Counted from the stretch's first letter, positions 1 to 10,335 are shown. The stretch is 64,000 bases of DNA from Paramoeba atlantica (GCA_977017575.1 CDRNVI010000048.1:62001-126000), one strand, 5' to 3'. The notes: generated by a model from the letters alone, not told the origin. Numbers and translations are program-made.

Positions 1-2512
1 TTCGGCTATTCTGCCCCAAAACGTTCAAAAGAAAAACTTTTAATACTGACTCGTCATCAGGATGCCCACCATGTTCATCATTATGCTCGCTTGAAAGCTC
101 GAGAAAAAGAGAGCGCGGAAGGCCCACCTCCCGAACCTTACTCCTCAAGACGCCACACAAATAATCTATCCAAACAGTATACAAAGAGAAAAGAATTTTA
201 CACATCACTGAAAAGCAAAAAGGTATTTGTAACGCTAACTCGAGGCAGTAATTCTGAATTCGCACGAGCTCACAGGAACTTTGGTCTAGCACGTAGTCAG
301 TACCTCCTAATAGGAAGAGAGGATTGTTGTTGTCTTCTGGTACTTGGAATCGCAAAATTTTGACGTTTCTGATGGAAAAGTCTTCGGCATTGTGATCCAA
401 AGCAATTTTTAGGCGTTGCAGTATGTGTGCATACATGCTGGGAAGTGTCTGCTTCAATATGGTCACACGCGATTGAGATAAGAATGATGAGAAAGTAGTC
501 TCATGAGGTACTATCGGCTCAGACAGTCTAGCGTACTTGGAAATAAGACCATTTAGTTTAGTACTAAACTGAGCAAGTGGTAAATAGATATAAGGCAAAG
601 TCATGTGGCTCGTCACGCATAGCTTGTTTGGTGCATCCAAGAATGCATCTTTTTCACAGCGCGATTGTTTGCTCGTAGAAGTTACAGAATTTTTTTCAAT
701 TCCTGTTTCTTCTAGCATTGAAAGCGTCTTACTAGAGATCAAGAAATTCGGTATCATATCCACGTGAATATTAGCCAACTCTTTTCTTAGCGTGCCAAAT
801 GATGCATCTACGTTATATGTGGTTTCGCTGAGATCAGATGCATCGGTAGCAGTCCTTGTCTCAACACAAGTAACATTTTTCCCTTTTTCTAAATCCTTAC
901 TTCGACATGTTCCGTATATAGGGGCGTCCGCTAGCCCTTGTATCAGTGTAATACATTTTTGTTGGGCTTCTAAAAGTAAACTTCGTAGTTGAAATTGCTT
1001 TGCTCTCACTAAATCATTCGTCGCAACGCTCGTAGCATTCCTTAATATAGCTAAAGGGGCCTCATAAGGCTTTCTTAGAACATTACTTTCATCTATAAAC
1101 TGGGACTCGTGATGCACTTCTTCGCTAGAAAGTCTCTTAATCACAGATTCTAATTGTGCGTAAGGTGCGGCAGAGTGGAAAACGGGATACGCATTCGACA
1201 ACAGATAGGACGAATCGACGTCAATATCAAGAGTCTCGGCCTGATGATATGAATCGTATTCATCTAGAAAGTCAACCAACCTGCGAAGAATGGAAATTAT
1301 GTGAGGATCATGCTTATCATGATTTGATGCATTATCCTCCATCTCTCGTCCAATTTCTTTTTGCAATGCCTTTCTAAGTTCAATGTTCACTATTGAGGGT
1401 TCACTACAGCGCATCTCTGTGGGCTTTAATTGGCTGACATGTGAATTACTCTCTTCTCCATCGAAAGATAAACCAATGGGCTTGTACTGTGGACATGAAC
1501 TATCGTACCGCAAGCCTACATGTCCCTCCCTGGCGTATTTATTCGAACCGATTCTGAAATGTGGCAATGCTATTTCAATAAATATGTCGTGAAACATACA
1601 CACGTTGTTTAGAAAAACAAGTGTTCGACTGAAGCAACGGGTTAACACACTTTGCAGTTTCGTCCACGGAAAGGAAAGAAAATCGCCCGAACAGTCAGAA
1701 GTGCTCAAACATGTTTTGATATCCGGGAGAAAAGAGCTTAGGAGATCCTCTACATGTGATTGAACACACTGCAGAACATTATGATAGCCTAATTCCGATA
1801 TGCCAAGTGAGTTTATACAGTTAATGTAGTGCTTCAAGTGACGCTCAGAGGAAGATACTGGAAGACCTTGGGCCTTCAAAATTGTACGATCTAGTCCTTT
1901 AAGAAGTTGCGCTATACATTTTTTTCGCAGTTTATCAAACTTATTTTGTTGTGAAAGAAACTCTTCAGAAACTTCCTGAGGAATCTGCAAGCGAGTTGCC
2001 TTTTCAACAGTTCTTTGCAAGGAGTTCCACAAATTAAATGTAGATATGGCGTAAAGATGGTTTCGATTTTCTATGCAGGATCGCAAAGAACCTAAATATT
2101 CATTTCGACGCTTTCGGAGCTCTAAAATCTTGGTATTATGCGATGCCAAGTACCAGTCTCGATATGATTTTTCTACCGGGATGCATCTCAGTTCTCTTTG
2201 AATCATTTTTCGTGCCTCAATAGCATAGGATCTTAGGCCACCCATACGGCGAATATCTTGATCTACATCTTTAACAACGGACTCTCGAATTCGTAGTCTT
2301 TCGAATAGCATAGTGGAATTGTTTTCTGCATAGTTTTCAATAAGCGATGTTAGTCGGAGTTCCATGTTTGTCATCTCTGAACAGTGTTTTGCAACATTCC
2401 TTTTTTCGTTGATTACTTCCGCAAAAGCACACGAAAGATTGGGATCAACATTGGTACATTCCGCAGGATACACGTCTTCCAAAGAAGACATGCATCGCCC
2501 GTATAAATCCAT
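1..2512 (-). CDS. Large hypothetical helical/coiled-coil protein, 3'-truncated by the window edge (absent from ORF track)
   Basis: Hand translation: ATG at 2512 (MDLYGRCMSSLEDVYPAEC...) stays open to base 2 with no stop (~837 codons); preceded by TTTTACCTTCTTTTTTAAG. Confidence 0.85.
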   Translation of the reverse strand, partial: MDLYGRCMSSLEDVYPAECTNVDPNLSCAFAEVINEKRNVAKHCSEMTNMELRLTSLIENYAENNSTMLFERLRIRESVVKDVDQDIRRMGGLRSYAIEARKMIQRELRCIPVEKSYRDWYLASHNTKILELRKRRNEYLGSLRSCIENRNHLYAISTFNLWNSLQRTVEKATRLQIPQEVSEEFLSQQNKFDKLRKKCIAQLLKGLDRTILKAQGLPVSSSERHLKHYINCINSLGISELGYHNVLQCVQSHVEDLLSSFLPDIKTCLSTSDCSGDFLSFPWTKLQSVLTRCFSRTLVFLNNVCMFHDIFIEIALPHFRIGSNKYAREGHVGLRYDSSCPQYKPIGLSFDGEESNSHVSQLKPTEMRCSEPSIVNIELRKALQKEIGREMEDNASNHDKHDPHIISILRRLVDFLDEYDSYHQAETLDIDVDSSYLLSNAYPVFHSAAPYAQLESVIKRLSSEEVHHESQFIDESNVLRKPYEAPLAILRNATSVATNDLVRAKQFQLRSLLLEAQQKCITLIQGLADAPIYGTCRSKDLEKGKNVTCVETRTATDASDLSETTYNVDASFGTLRKELANIHVDMIPNFLISSKTLSMLEETGIEKNSVTSTSKQSRCEKDAFLDAPNKLCVTSHMTLPYIYLPLAQFSTKLNGLISKYARLSEPIVPHETTFSSFLSQSRVTILKQTLPSMYAHILQRLKIALDHNAEDFSIRNVKILRFQVPEDNNNPLFLLGGTDYVLDQSSCELVRIQNYCLELALQIPFCFSVMCKILFSLYTVWIDYLCGVLRSKVREVGLPRSLFLELSSEHNDEHGGHPDDESVLKVFLLNVLGQNSR

Positions 2513-2523
2513 TTTACGGGAAT

Positions 2524-2545
2524 CTTAAAAAAGAAGGTAAAATAT
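2524..2545 (-). promoter_or_regulatory. Putative trans-splice acceptor (polypyrimidine tract + AG)
   Basis: Minus strand TTTTACCTTCTTTTTTAAG|ATTCCCGTAAAATG, AG 11 nt before the ATG. Confidence 0.55.
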
Positions 2546-2706
2546 GCAAATCCCTCGTAAAACAGTCATTCTCTCTGTCCCTTATCGTGGAGTACAGTGA
2601 CTTATTGAAAAAAAATTGTATACTAGTAACGTACAGAAGTACATGCTCATTAGAGCAGACAACGATTCAGAAGAACAGAAACCAAAACTCTCAAAATTTA
2701 CCAAAA

Positions 2707-3480
2707 TCATCGCCGGTATCCCGAAAGTGAAGTGCTGGTACTAAAATAAGTACCGCATAATTCGGCTATCCAAGGTCCCACACTTGTGATGATTTCGTTT
2801 ACAGGCAAAGAACCATGATCCGAAGTCTTGTTACCTATCTCGATCCACTTTGTGGTGCGAGACGGATCCTGAAAAAAGTTTGTTACCTCTGAGTTCACAT
2901 GAGCAGAAGTGTCTTTCCTGTCCCTGACAAATAACATGGGGAGATTTTTCACGGCCGGATTTTGCAGTACTGAAACGAACAACGCGTGTTGTGTGTGAAA
3001 TTTCGAGATAATACAAAACGGATAATTAACTGCTATGAACCCATGAATGTGTTTAAGGGGAAAACTATTCAGCACGCTACCGGCAAGAAAAGCACCATAT
3101 TCTATCCCGCCGAGCACGATACCCTGTGGATATAGCTCTACCACTTCTTTAAGAACTTCAATCACATCCAAACGGTCTACATCAGCTGTGTCACGTGAAC
3201 CTCCGCTGGGACTCACACCTCTGTAATTAAAACGAAACGAAATCAAGTTTGCAAAGGAAGCTGTGTCACACAACGTGCTTAGGCCAGCGTGCTCAAAGCT
3301 ATAGTTGTGCTGGGGGTGTGAGCCGCACCACACCACAACAGGCCGCGTGATACCACGACTAATGCCAAAGGGTCTCTGCACCAAACCGTGTATCTCGATA
3401 CCCGACTGTGTACAAAACCGATACGTAGATTTAGAGGCTATGGTTAAACGCTCCAAAAGTCTCACTTGGTGAGAAAGCAT
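2707..3480 (-). CDS. Alpha/beta-hydrolase-fold protein, nucleophile apparently lost
   Basis: FRFNYRGVSPSGG and IVLGGIEYGAFLA (GxSxG position reads GIEYG). Confidence 0.7.
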   Translation of the reverse strand: MLSHQVRLLERLTIASKSTYRFCTQSGIEIHGLVQRPFGISRGITRPVVVWCGSHPQHNYSFEHAGLSTLCDTASFANLISFRFNYRGVSPSGGSRDTADVDRLDVIEVLKEVVELYPQGIVLGGIEYGAFLAGSVLNSFPLKHIHGFIAVNYPFCIISKFHTQHALFVSVLQNPAVKNLPMLFVRDRKDTSAHVNSEVTNFFQDPSRTTKWIEIGNKTSDHGSLPVNEIITSVGPWIAELCGTYFSTSTSLSGYRR

Positions 3481-3848
3481 GAGCGCCCGATACTAAGACT
3501 TCGTGAGGATGCTAGGAGAACGTCATGCGGGTAGACAAACCACATATTTGCAAGAAATCAAATCAGGAATCTGCGAAAAAATATCAGAACATTGGCAGTA
3601 ATTCTTCAGCGAAGTATAATACATATTTGCATAATGAGAAAGTGCAAACAAATGTTGAAAACTAACTATTGATAAGCCACGCTCATCCATAAGTAAGTGA
3701 TACAAAAAGCGGAGAATTACTTTTTTATGCTTCTTACACGAGGTTCAAAATCTCGATGATTGGCTTCTCAAAACTGCATGATTCTTAGAAATCATACACC
3801 GAAAAGAAGCCGTTCAGAATAGGAAGTTTCATCCATTTTCTGGTCAAA

Positions 3849-4277
3849 TCATATAACTGAGTTTCGAACTTCTGTTTTGATGCGACCATAATTCGCATTC
3901 TTTAAACTGATTGATTGAATGCATGTCCCCCTTAAAATGATGAAACCAACTTGTTTAAAATAAACGCCATCTTTCGGAATGTCGTTGTCCGCGCTAATAT
4001 GGTCTTTATCAGTTGACTGAGAATAACTCAATTGCCTGCGCTTTACTATTGCGTGCATTTTATCCTGATAATTCGGGTCTGAAGTGACATCCTCTTCAGT
4101 GTCGAGCAGGGCGACGTTACCATTACGATCGAAAGATACAAGTTTACCTGCGAATTTCCTGTTGTCGTCGGTATTAACGTTAATGCGATAACCAACTAAA
4201 GGCAGCAGCCCACCGCGAAAATCTGGGACGACGTTTTGCTTGCCAAACACATGACGTTTGTCTGAAGGGGCGTGCAT
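3849..4277 (-). CDS. Sm/LSm-fold protein, SmB-like
   Basis: Sm1 LVGYRINVNTDDNRKFAGKLVSFDRNGNVALLDTEE; Sm2 VGFIILRGTCIQSISL. Confidence 0.8.
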   Translation of the reverse strand: MHAPSDKRHVFGKQNVVPDFRGGLLPLVGYRINVNTDDNRKFAGKLVSFDRNGNVALLDTEEDVTSDPNYQDKMHAIVKRRQLSYSQSTDKDHISADNDIPKDGVYFKQVGFIILRGTCIQSISLKNANYGRIKTEVRNSVI

Positions 4278-4432
4278 GTATAATTCGTACTGAAAGTCAA
4301 GATTTCCTCTACATTTAAATCACAAGGCATTGATTCTTCTATGATTATTCTCTTTTTAGCTACGTACCTATTTTTGTTCGGCTGAAAGAAATAATGTACA
4401 AAACAAAAAACAATGCTAACCTATTTTCGGCA

Positions 4433-4478
4433 AAACACTTGTGATTAAAACACACTTGTGATTAAACACTTGTCATTA
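4433..4478. repeat. Short tandem repeat, ~3x ACACTTGTGATTAA
   Basis: aaacacttgtgattaaaacacacttgtgattaaacacttgtcatta. Confidence 0.8.
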
Positions 4479-4690
4479 TTTTTCAATGGTTGCGCTCATT
4501 TTTAACTCCTTTCTGACAAAGCAAACCTGTCCTTGCATAAATCATGTGGTGCATCTTCCTGGCGAGAATGACGCACTTTTTGCTCTTTAGTGAATTTTAG
4601 TAGATGAGAAACTCATCTGCTTCTTTGACTGGTTCTCATTAGGCAGGCAATCATTCCACAACTGTACTGTTTCTTCGCCAGGATACATTA

Positions 4691-4990
4691 CCGTATACCC
4701 CACCAGTAAGAGAATGGGTTTTGGGTCGAAATGGCTAAATCTCCCTTACTGGGGGGGGTATGCTTTTTTGACCAGTTTCCTCTTTTCTCCCAACTTTTTT
4801 GACTATTTTTTTCTATTTTTTCTTCTGAAAACGTGTTAAAACGCTTATTTGGGTTACCCCCGAGGCCCCCAACATGCAGGCACCCACCCCCTACCCCCTA
4901 TACGCCCCCTGTGGGGCGCCCGAGCCAAATCTCTCTTACTGGGGGTCAGCCCCAAAAGAGCCAAATCCCTCTTTTGGGGGGGGTATACGG
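4691..4990. mobile_element. 300-bp MITE, CCGTATACCCC TIRs, TA TSD (pogo/Tc1-mariner-like)
   Basis: TA|CCGTATACCCC ... GGGGTATACGG|TA; internal repeats AAATCTC(C/T)CTTACTGGGGG. Confidence 0.85.
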
Positions 4991-5139
4991 TATGCATCTT
5001 TATCCAAGACCTTGATGTTTCACATCAATCACTGAAAGAACTATCGGACATCGGAGGCGCCCTTCGCCTTGATTTCCTATCAGGTTATCCGTCGCCTTCT
5101 GAGTCGGAGAAAGTGCATTATGCATCTGCGCTTGGTCTA

Positions 5140-5600
5140 TGGGGGTCCAGAGGGGGGGCGCAGGGGGGGTCCAGGGGGCGTACGTCGCAATTTTTTTCGA
5201 ATTTTTTGCCTTTCAACATCGAGCGCAGTGAAGTGGTAGAGTATGCCGCGGCAATAATTTTCCACCCCCCACCTGGGGGTGACCCCCCCCTGTTATGCGT
5301 AGGAGGGGTCCGACAAGTTTGAAAAATCCGAAATTTTTGGAGTGACCCAAAAAATAAATATTGACCAAAAAAGAAGTACTAAGAAGTAAAAATATTATTT
5401 TTCCAAAATCGACTCCTAACACGTATTTTAAGAGACTCAAAATGGAATAATTTCGAAGATAATAATTTCACATTTTGGTATGAATATGACCACAAAAAAT
5501 CAACAAAAAAAAATGAAAGTTTAAGAGTTTTGGACCTCAGCTAGAATTCTACGACGTTTTTTTCGGCAGATTAGCCTCCTGTCCCTACTGGTAAGGCATC
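5140..5600. repeat. Dispersed repeat family A, copy 1 (G/C-run-rich non-autonomous element)
   Basis: Reverse complement aligns by eye to 38383-38726, e.g. AAGAGTTTTGGACCTCAGCTAGAATTCTACGACG and GGTAAGGCATC. Confidence 0.85.
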
Positions 5601-6299
5601 AAAAGGCGGAAGAATTATTGAACGAAATGAGCCGAAATCCCACGTAGGAAGCACAGTGTGAATTACTTCGCACTAAAGGGCCTAGCGTCATAAGATCAAT
5701 CACACATGCTCGTAATGTTCGAGCTGTGACATGCCCCAAACTTGGTTCTACCCGGTGGATTTCTGATAAATTTGAAAGTATAAAGTATAGCTTGACTGGC
5801 CCGGCTCGGGTGTCAGTCACGCACACTTCCTGTACAATGGAAGGTCGGACGTTAACCTCATTCCCTTGCAAGAGAATTAAGAGGGCTGAAACTAGAGATT
5901 TACGATCCCGGCCGATCCCATCGGTCCTGGTTGAATTTACGTGGAAGAAAAGTCTTGGTGAAAACGCGAGTTCTAGAAATTCGGCGAAAGAAATAGCGAC
6001 CATTTTTTTACAGAAACTCATTCAATTGTTAAAAATCAAAAACAATATTCATATGAAGGTAGGAGAAACTAAACAAACATTTACTATTAAATAGAAAGCC
6101 CCTATATATTTTTGTTTCTCCTCTTTCGCTCTTTGGACTTGAGTGCAAATCTCTGCTGCGCGTATCCTTTGTCGTCTGATTCTTTTGCTTTAGCTGAGCG
6201 TTCTTTAAATTAAAGTACGTCCTCTGTGATTTTGACCCCTGCTCAGAACATTTTCCTATCCGACTAACGCCTTTTGAGGGGTTGAAGAAGTTCATCCAA

Positions 6300-6819
6300 T
6301 TGGTAAAACCTCTGACGCACGCGAAGCAGGTTGTCACGAGAACACTGCGAAGCGTTGGATTCAGCGATACGAGGAGACAGGAGACGTGGATAATAACCCG
6401 AGCTATAACCCTCATTGATGAAGGTACGCGAGATTTGCCTTATGGAATTCCGTCATGGTCGAACCTCGTGTCAACCCTTCAGTCCGAAAGGTTTTATTGT
6501 TCCCGGCGCTCTATCACGCGCACTTTAAAGCGTGAAGGCATCATTTTGCACACTGTCCCCCGTCATCCAGCTCTTACGGCTTCCCACAAGCAGAAACGAA
6601 TAGAGCTGTGCCGCGAGCTGTCGGAGTGGACCCCTCATGATTTTGAGCCCTCACCATTTTGATGAAAATAGTGTCACAATGCTAGCTTGGCCCCCTCAGC
6701 CTCCTGATCTCAACCCCATCGGAAATATTTGGGGACAAATTGAATCACACAAAAATACTAAATGTACCAAAAATAGGGGGGAATTGCGTGATGCAATACA
6801 TTCAGGGTTCAATTGCTGA
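6300..6819 (+). pseudogene. Tc1/IS630-family transposase remnant, catalytic core deleted
   Basis: HTH AREAGCHENTAKRWIQRYEETG; linker HPALTASHKQKRIELCRELSEWT; C-terminal WPPQPPDLNPIGNIW; frameshifts. Confidence 0.85.
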
Positions 6820-6956
6820 AAGTACTTTGTTGAAGGACTTTTCCCCCTCTAAAAGCCCGTACTGTTCTGTTTAACAAGTAAAGTACTACTTAACAAGCAA
6901 AGTTGATACGAGCAAAGTTGTAGATACGATCATTGTCGTTTTAGTATCGTTCTCCA

Positions 6957-7066
6957 TTTTTTTAGTCTCTTCGTTAAACGCGGCAGTAGTTTTCAAGGGG
7001 AAGCGCGCAGCAGTGGTGTCATCTAAGTTGAAAACAACCACTACATTTAATGAAGAGCCTAATAAA
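6957..7066. repeat. ~110-bp foldback (two ~40-bp imperfect inverted arms)
   Basis: TTTAGTCTCTTCGTTAAACGCGGCAGTAGTTTTCAA / TTGAAAACAACCACTACATTTAATGAAGAGCCTAA; solo arm at 38242. Confidence 0.75.
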
Positions 7067-7555
7067 GGATAAAAAGTGATAGAAAAAAGGTCAAAGTAGT
7101 AAAAAATACAGTGTCTTAAGAAGCTACGCAAGCGCCGATCCCGACCGATCCCACCCGATAAGTGACAGGGTCCTCCAGGTTTCAGCCCTCTAAGTGTACC
7201 TGTATTTACACACACAAGTCCGACCTGTTAGCCTCGGACCAGCAGGATTATAGGATACCTTACACATATAGGAAGTTTCTTTCCGAGCAATTATCCACTG
7301 TGGTTAAGAGCGAGCTCGAAAGTTTACGAGTACCACAATCCGTTCACGAGCTTACTAACATACTCGAAAATAATTCCATTACAGAACTTATTCAATGTGC
7401 TAAAGAGTTTCTTCAAGAGTGTGCTCTGTTGCGCGTTGCTCAGGAAAAATTTTCTGCTATGCATGATCGATCCATGGCCGCGTTAGTGTATCCTACGTTG
7501 CAACAACTCATAGAGTCCTCCGAGACTGCTCCTCTACACATGATTGATGCTATTA

Positions 7556-8449
7556 GTGGGTTGAAACCTGTGAAAGGCAAAACCTGGCAAAACCATAGTG
7601 GCAGTTAATAATTATTATAATGGAAATTATTAATCATTTCTATTATAAAAAAATCCCAATTATCAATAATTATTAATAATTTTTCAATGGTACCTAAAAT
7701 ACTCAATTTTGCGGCCGTCTTCGGGAAAAAATGAATCTGCGGGAACAAATTTCTCTTTCTTGCGGACTGGCACAATGTTCGGCAGGTGGCCTAAGGAAGG
7801 GGGTGGTGAAAGGCGGGTGTGGTGAAAGACCGGGGCGTGTTCTTAATTAATGTTTCCACGGTAAAATAATTATTATTTTTTAAACATAATTATTATTAAA
7901 GACTAAAATTATTAATACTTCTGCCACTATGGGCAAAACCCGCTTATGCTTCATAGATGTGGCGAAGCAAAGTGCTTTGTCAAAAATAGTGAAGAATATA
8001 CTTGGTCTCCATGCGCTGCAAAATATTTTTTGCGCTACAAAAGGTGAAACTTTTGAAAAAAATATTTTTCGAAATAAACCCCCAGAACGGGTAGCCGAGG
8101 TCTTGGCGCACATTTTCCACCTCCGTACTCGAGGACGACCCCCCCCCCTCGTATCAACAGGACGGGGCCGCCAAGCTCGGTATTTTCTGAAAAGAACATT
8201 GAAAAAAAAGTCAACTTGGCGAAAAACATGGCTTAAAAAATAGTTTTTCAAAATCGTTTCATCTATTGTATTTCGAGAGTTTGGGACCTATACTAGCTTT
8301 CTATGCCGTTGTTTTCACAAGATACCCCTTCTTGAAGCCGTGACACGCCTCCCGAAATGATGTCCCAAAAAATTGGTGTCCTGGCAAAACCAGGCGAAAC
8401 TGGGCAAAACCTGGCAAAACTCGGCAAAACTTAACAGGTTTCAACCCTC
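7556..8449. mobile_element. TWA-TSD element 2 (PIF/Harbinger-like, non-autonomous)
   Basis: TTA|GTGGGTTGAAACCTGT ... ACAGGTTTCAACCCTC|TTA (15/16 TIR); GGCAAAAC subterminal repeats at both ends; excision restores the flanking frame. Confidence 0.85.
8100..8310. repeat. Diverged copy of repeat family A nested in TWA element 2
   Basis: TTTTCCACC..GACCCCCCCC..AGGACGGGGCCGCCAAG and TTTTCAAAATCG..AGAGTTTGGGACCT match family A motifs. Confidence 0.55.
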
Positions 8450-9002
8450 TTAATGTGCACGTGAAGCGAGTTTCTAACAAGAACGAACTGCTGATTTGGG
8501 GTTCACTAATGTGGTTTTCGCCGGAGTGGATTGTGCTTTTCGCATGCCCGCGTAACAAAACATCGATTTCTGTTGAGCGCGCCGTTCACGCAGTCGAACT
8601 GGTTCTCCTATTTTTGAAACTACGGAAACCGATTGGTCTAACTACGTGACGTGCGAGGATTACGACTGGACTTCAGAGCTAAGCGACGTGGACTGGTGGA
8701 AGCAAGTTGGCAAAAAACGTTTTCCTTCCATATAGGGATGGGCACGCAAATGTGGTGGGGTCAAAATTTCTATAGCTTGGCCAATTTGTGTGATGCACCC
8801 GCATATTACCTTTAACAACAACCGTACGTTACTTCTCTAACAATGTCACAGCCTGTGATTCCATTCTTTCTGTATTTGCGAGGAAATATAATTCTCGGCA
8901 AGTGAGCATAGGAATCGATGTTGTGGCGACTCAGATGTTTCTGCGAGGTAACGAAAAATCATTAGCTCATCATGCAAGCAGTGCTAAATTAAAGAATAAA
9001 TA

Positions 9003-9302
9003 CTATCCCCCCTATTTAATAGGGCTACGTGCGACCCCCTTTAATAGGGCCATTTTGTCTGGAAGACCAAAATAGATCAAATTCTTTTTCTCGAATCCGC
9101 TGCGAAGGGGCGATTTTTTTTTCGTGCCTACCCCAACAACAAAAAGTGTGTCAAAAGCGAGCAGCAGGACCTTGTTTAACAACGATAAAAAAAGGCGCCG
9201 CGAAACGGCGCCGATTTTTTTCTTTCACATTATTTTCCATGTACCTCCCTTTAAAAGGGCATTTTTCCCAAAATCGGAGTCCTATTAAATAGGGGGGGAT
9301 AG
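9003..9302. mobile_element. 300-bp MITE with 21/22-bp TIRs and TA TSD
   Basis: TA|CTATCCCCCCTATTTAATAGG ... CCTATTAAATAGGGGGGGATAG|TA. Confidence 0.85.
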
Positions 9303-9402
9303 TAGTAACTAATGAACAATCCCGAACGAAGTATCTCTACTCTGAAAAATAGCGATCATAAAGACAGAGGCTCCTAATGTGAGCTTGCGTTCTCCATTTT
9401 TT

Positions 9403-9465
9403 ATAGATGATATAGATTTTATAGGTGATATAGATTTTATAGATGATATAGATTTTATAGATGAT
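9403..9465. repeat. 18-bp tandem repeat x3.5
   Basis: ATAGATGATATAGATTTT units at 9403, 9421, 9439, partial at 9457. Confidence 0.9.
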
Positions 9466-10335
9466 TGTAGATGATATTCGGTTAATCTACTAGCCGATTA
9501 GTACTAAATTAGTAATTACTCGTTGGTTGCATAGCTCAATGGGCGATCTTATCCGCATTACCCAATCCTAAGCCTGGGGAAGGTCCAAATCAGGACCGGG
9601 GGAGGAGGGTGGAGAAATTCCTTTTAAAACAAAAAGAGATATTTCCTCGAGGTTTTGATGACTGTTTAGAGTGCATACATGTTTTAAGCGTGGGTGGCTA
9701 TTAAGCTAGGATAGAATATATAAACCACTGTCCAGTTTATGACCATTGCCTATGACCAGTTACTGTGTCGGGGGGGGGCACAGTAAGTTGTCCTGGGGGT
9801 ATTTCGTGTGTCCCCCCCTCAGGAGGAGATCATTTTTAGATTTTAGATATTTGTTCTTTGAGCTTTTCAACACCTTTTATAAATTTTTCACGGAATTTTT
9901 AAAAGCGAGTCTGATAGCTACTCCACCGATAGCACAGAAGAACACGATACTGACGATGAGCGCGAAATTTCGGATCAAGAACTGGAGGTAGTTGATTTTT
10001 CGACTCTTTTCGATGAAAAAAGAGAAGACGGCTATACTTCATCCGAAGAAGACGAAAACAATGAGATGCGCAATCTAATCTTCTCGAGCAACACAACGTA
10101 CGTAAACGTCTTTTAAATAGAGGCGACCGCACAGCTGGAATCCCTGTTTCTGGGAAGAAAATTTATGCCTCTATATCTATCAAAGACAAGCGTTTAGCTG
10201 TCCGACTTTTCCGACACTATGAAGGACAAGCAGAGTGGTTCTCAAAGCTACAAAAAAAACTTTTCATGGCTACCAAAGGAAGGGTTTTTCTGAGATCACG
10301 TGATCAGCTACAAAAATGGAGGAAGCTTGTAGTCG

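Larger units (their letters stand above)
5881..7190. mobile_element. TWA-TSD element 1 (PIF/Harbinger-like, non-autonomous)
   Basis: TAA|GAGGGCTGAAAC ... GTTTCAGCCCTC|TAA (perfect 12-bp TIR); CGATCCC subterminal direct repeats at both ends; excision restores the flanking frame. Confidence 0.85.
4635..9002 (+). pseudogene. hAT-family transposase fossil interrupted by several nested insertions
   Basis: Ordered hAT-like motifs: IRQAIIPQLY (4635), ALRLDFLS..VHY (5071), KSHVGS (~5635), ALVYPTLQQL, then dimerisation domain DWWKQVGKKRFPSI*GWARK / CDSILS / QMFLRGN (8691-8952). Excising 5881-7190 and 7556-8449 restores one frame. Confidence 0.75.

Noticed and set aside
4558-4684. Mini-element with TCCTGGCGA inverted ends
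   Set aside because: Only 9 bp, no TSD, no second copy, and it overlaps the hAT-like coding remnant
4833-5440. ORF-track proteins over the MITE and family A
   Set aside because: Translations of G/C-run repeat DNA; only the 4993-5135 segment is kept, as part of the hAT fossil
5877-8453. Sola3 or piggyBac assignment for the GAGGG elements (TTAA next to two ends)
   Set aside because: Only the 3-bp TAA/TTA is duplicated on both sides of each copy, and 3-bp removal restores the frame
9525-9600. tRNA gene or tRNA-derived SINE head (A-box-like TAGCTCAATGGG at 9532, B-box-like GGTCCAAATC at 9582)
   Set aside because: No cloverleaf: acceptor and T stems do not pair, and the B box has two mismatches
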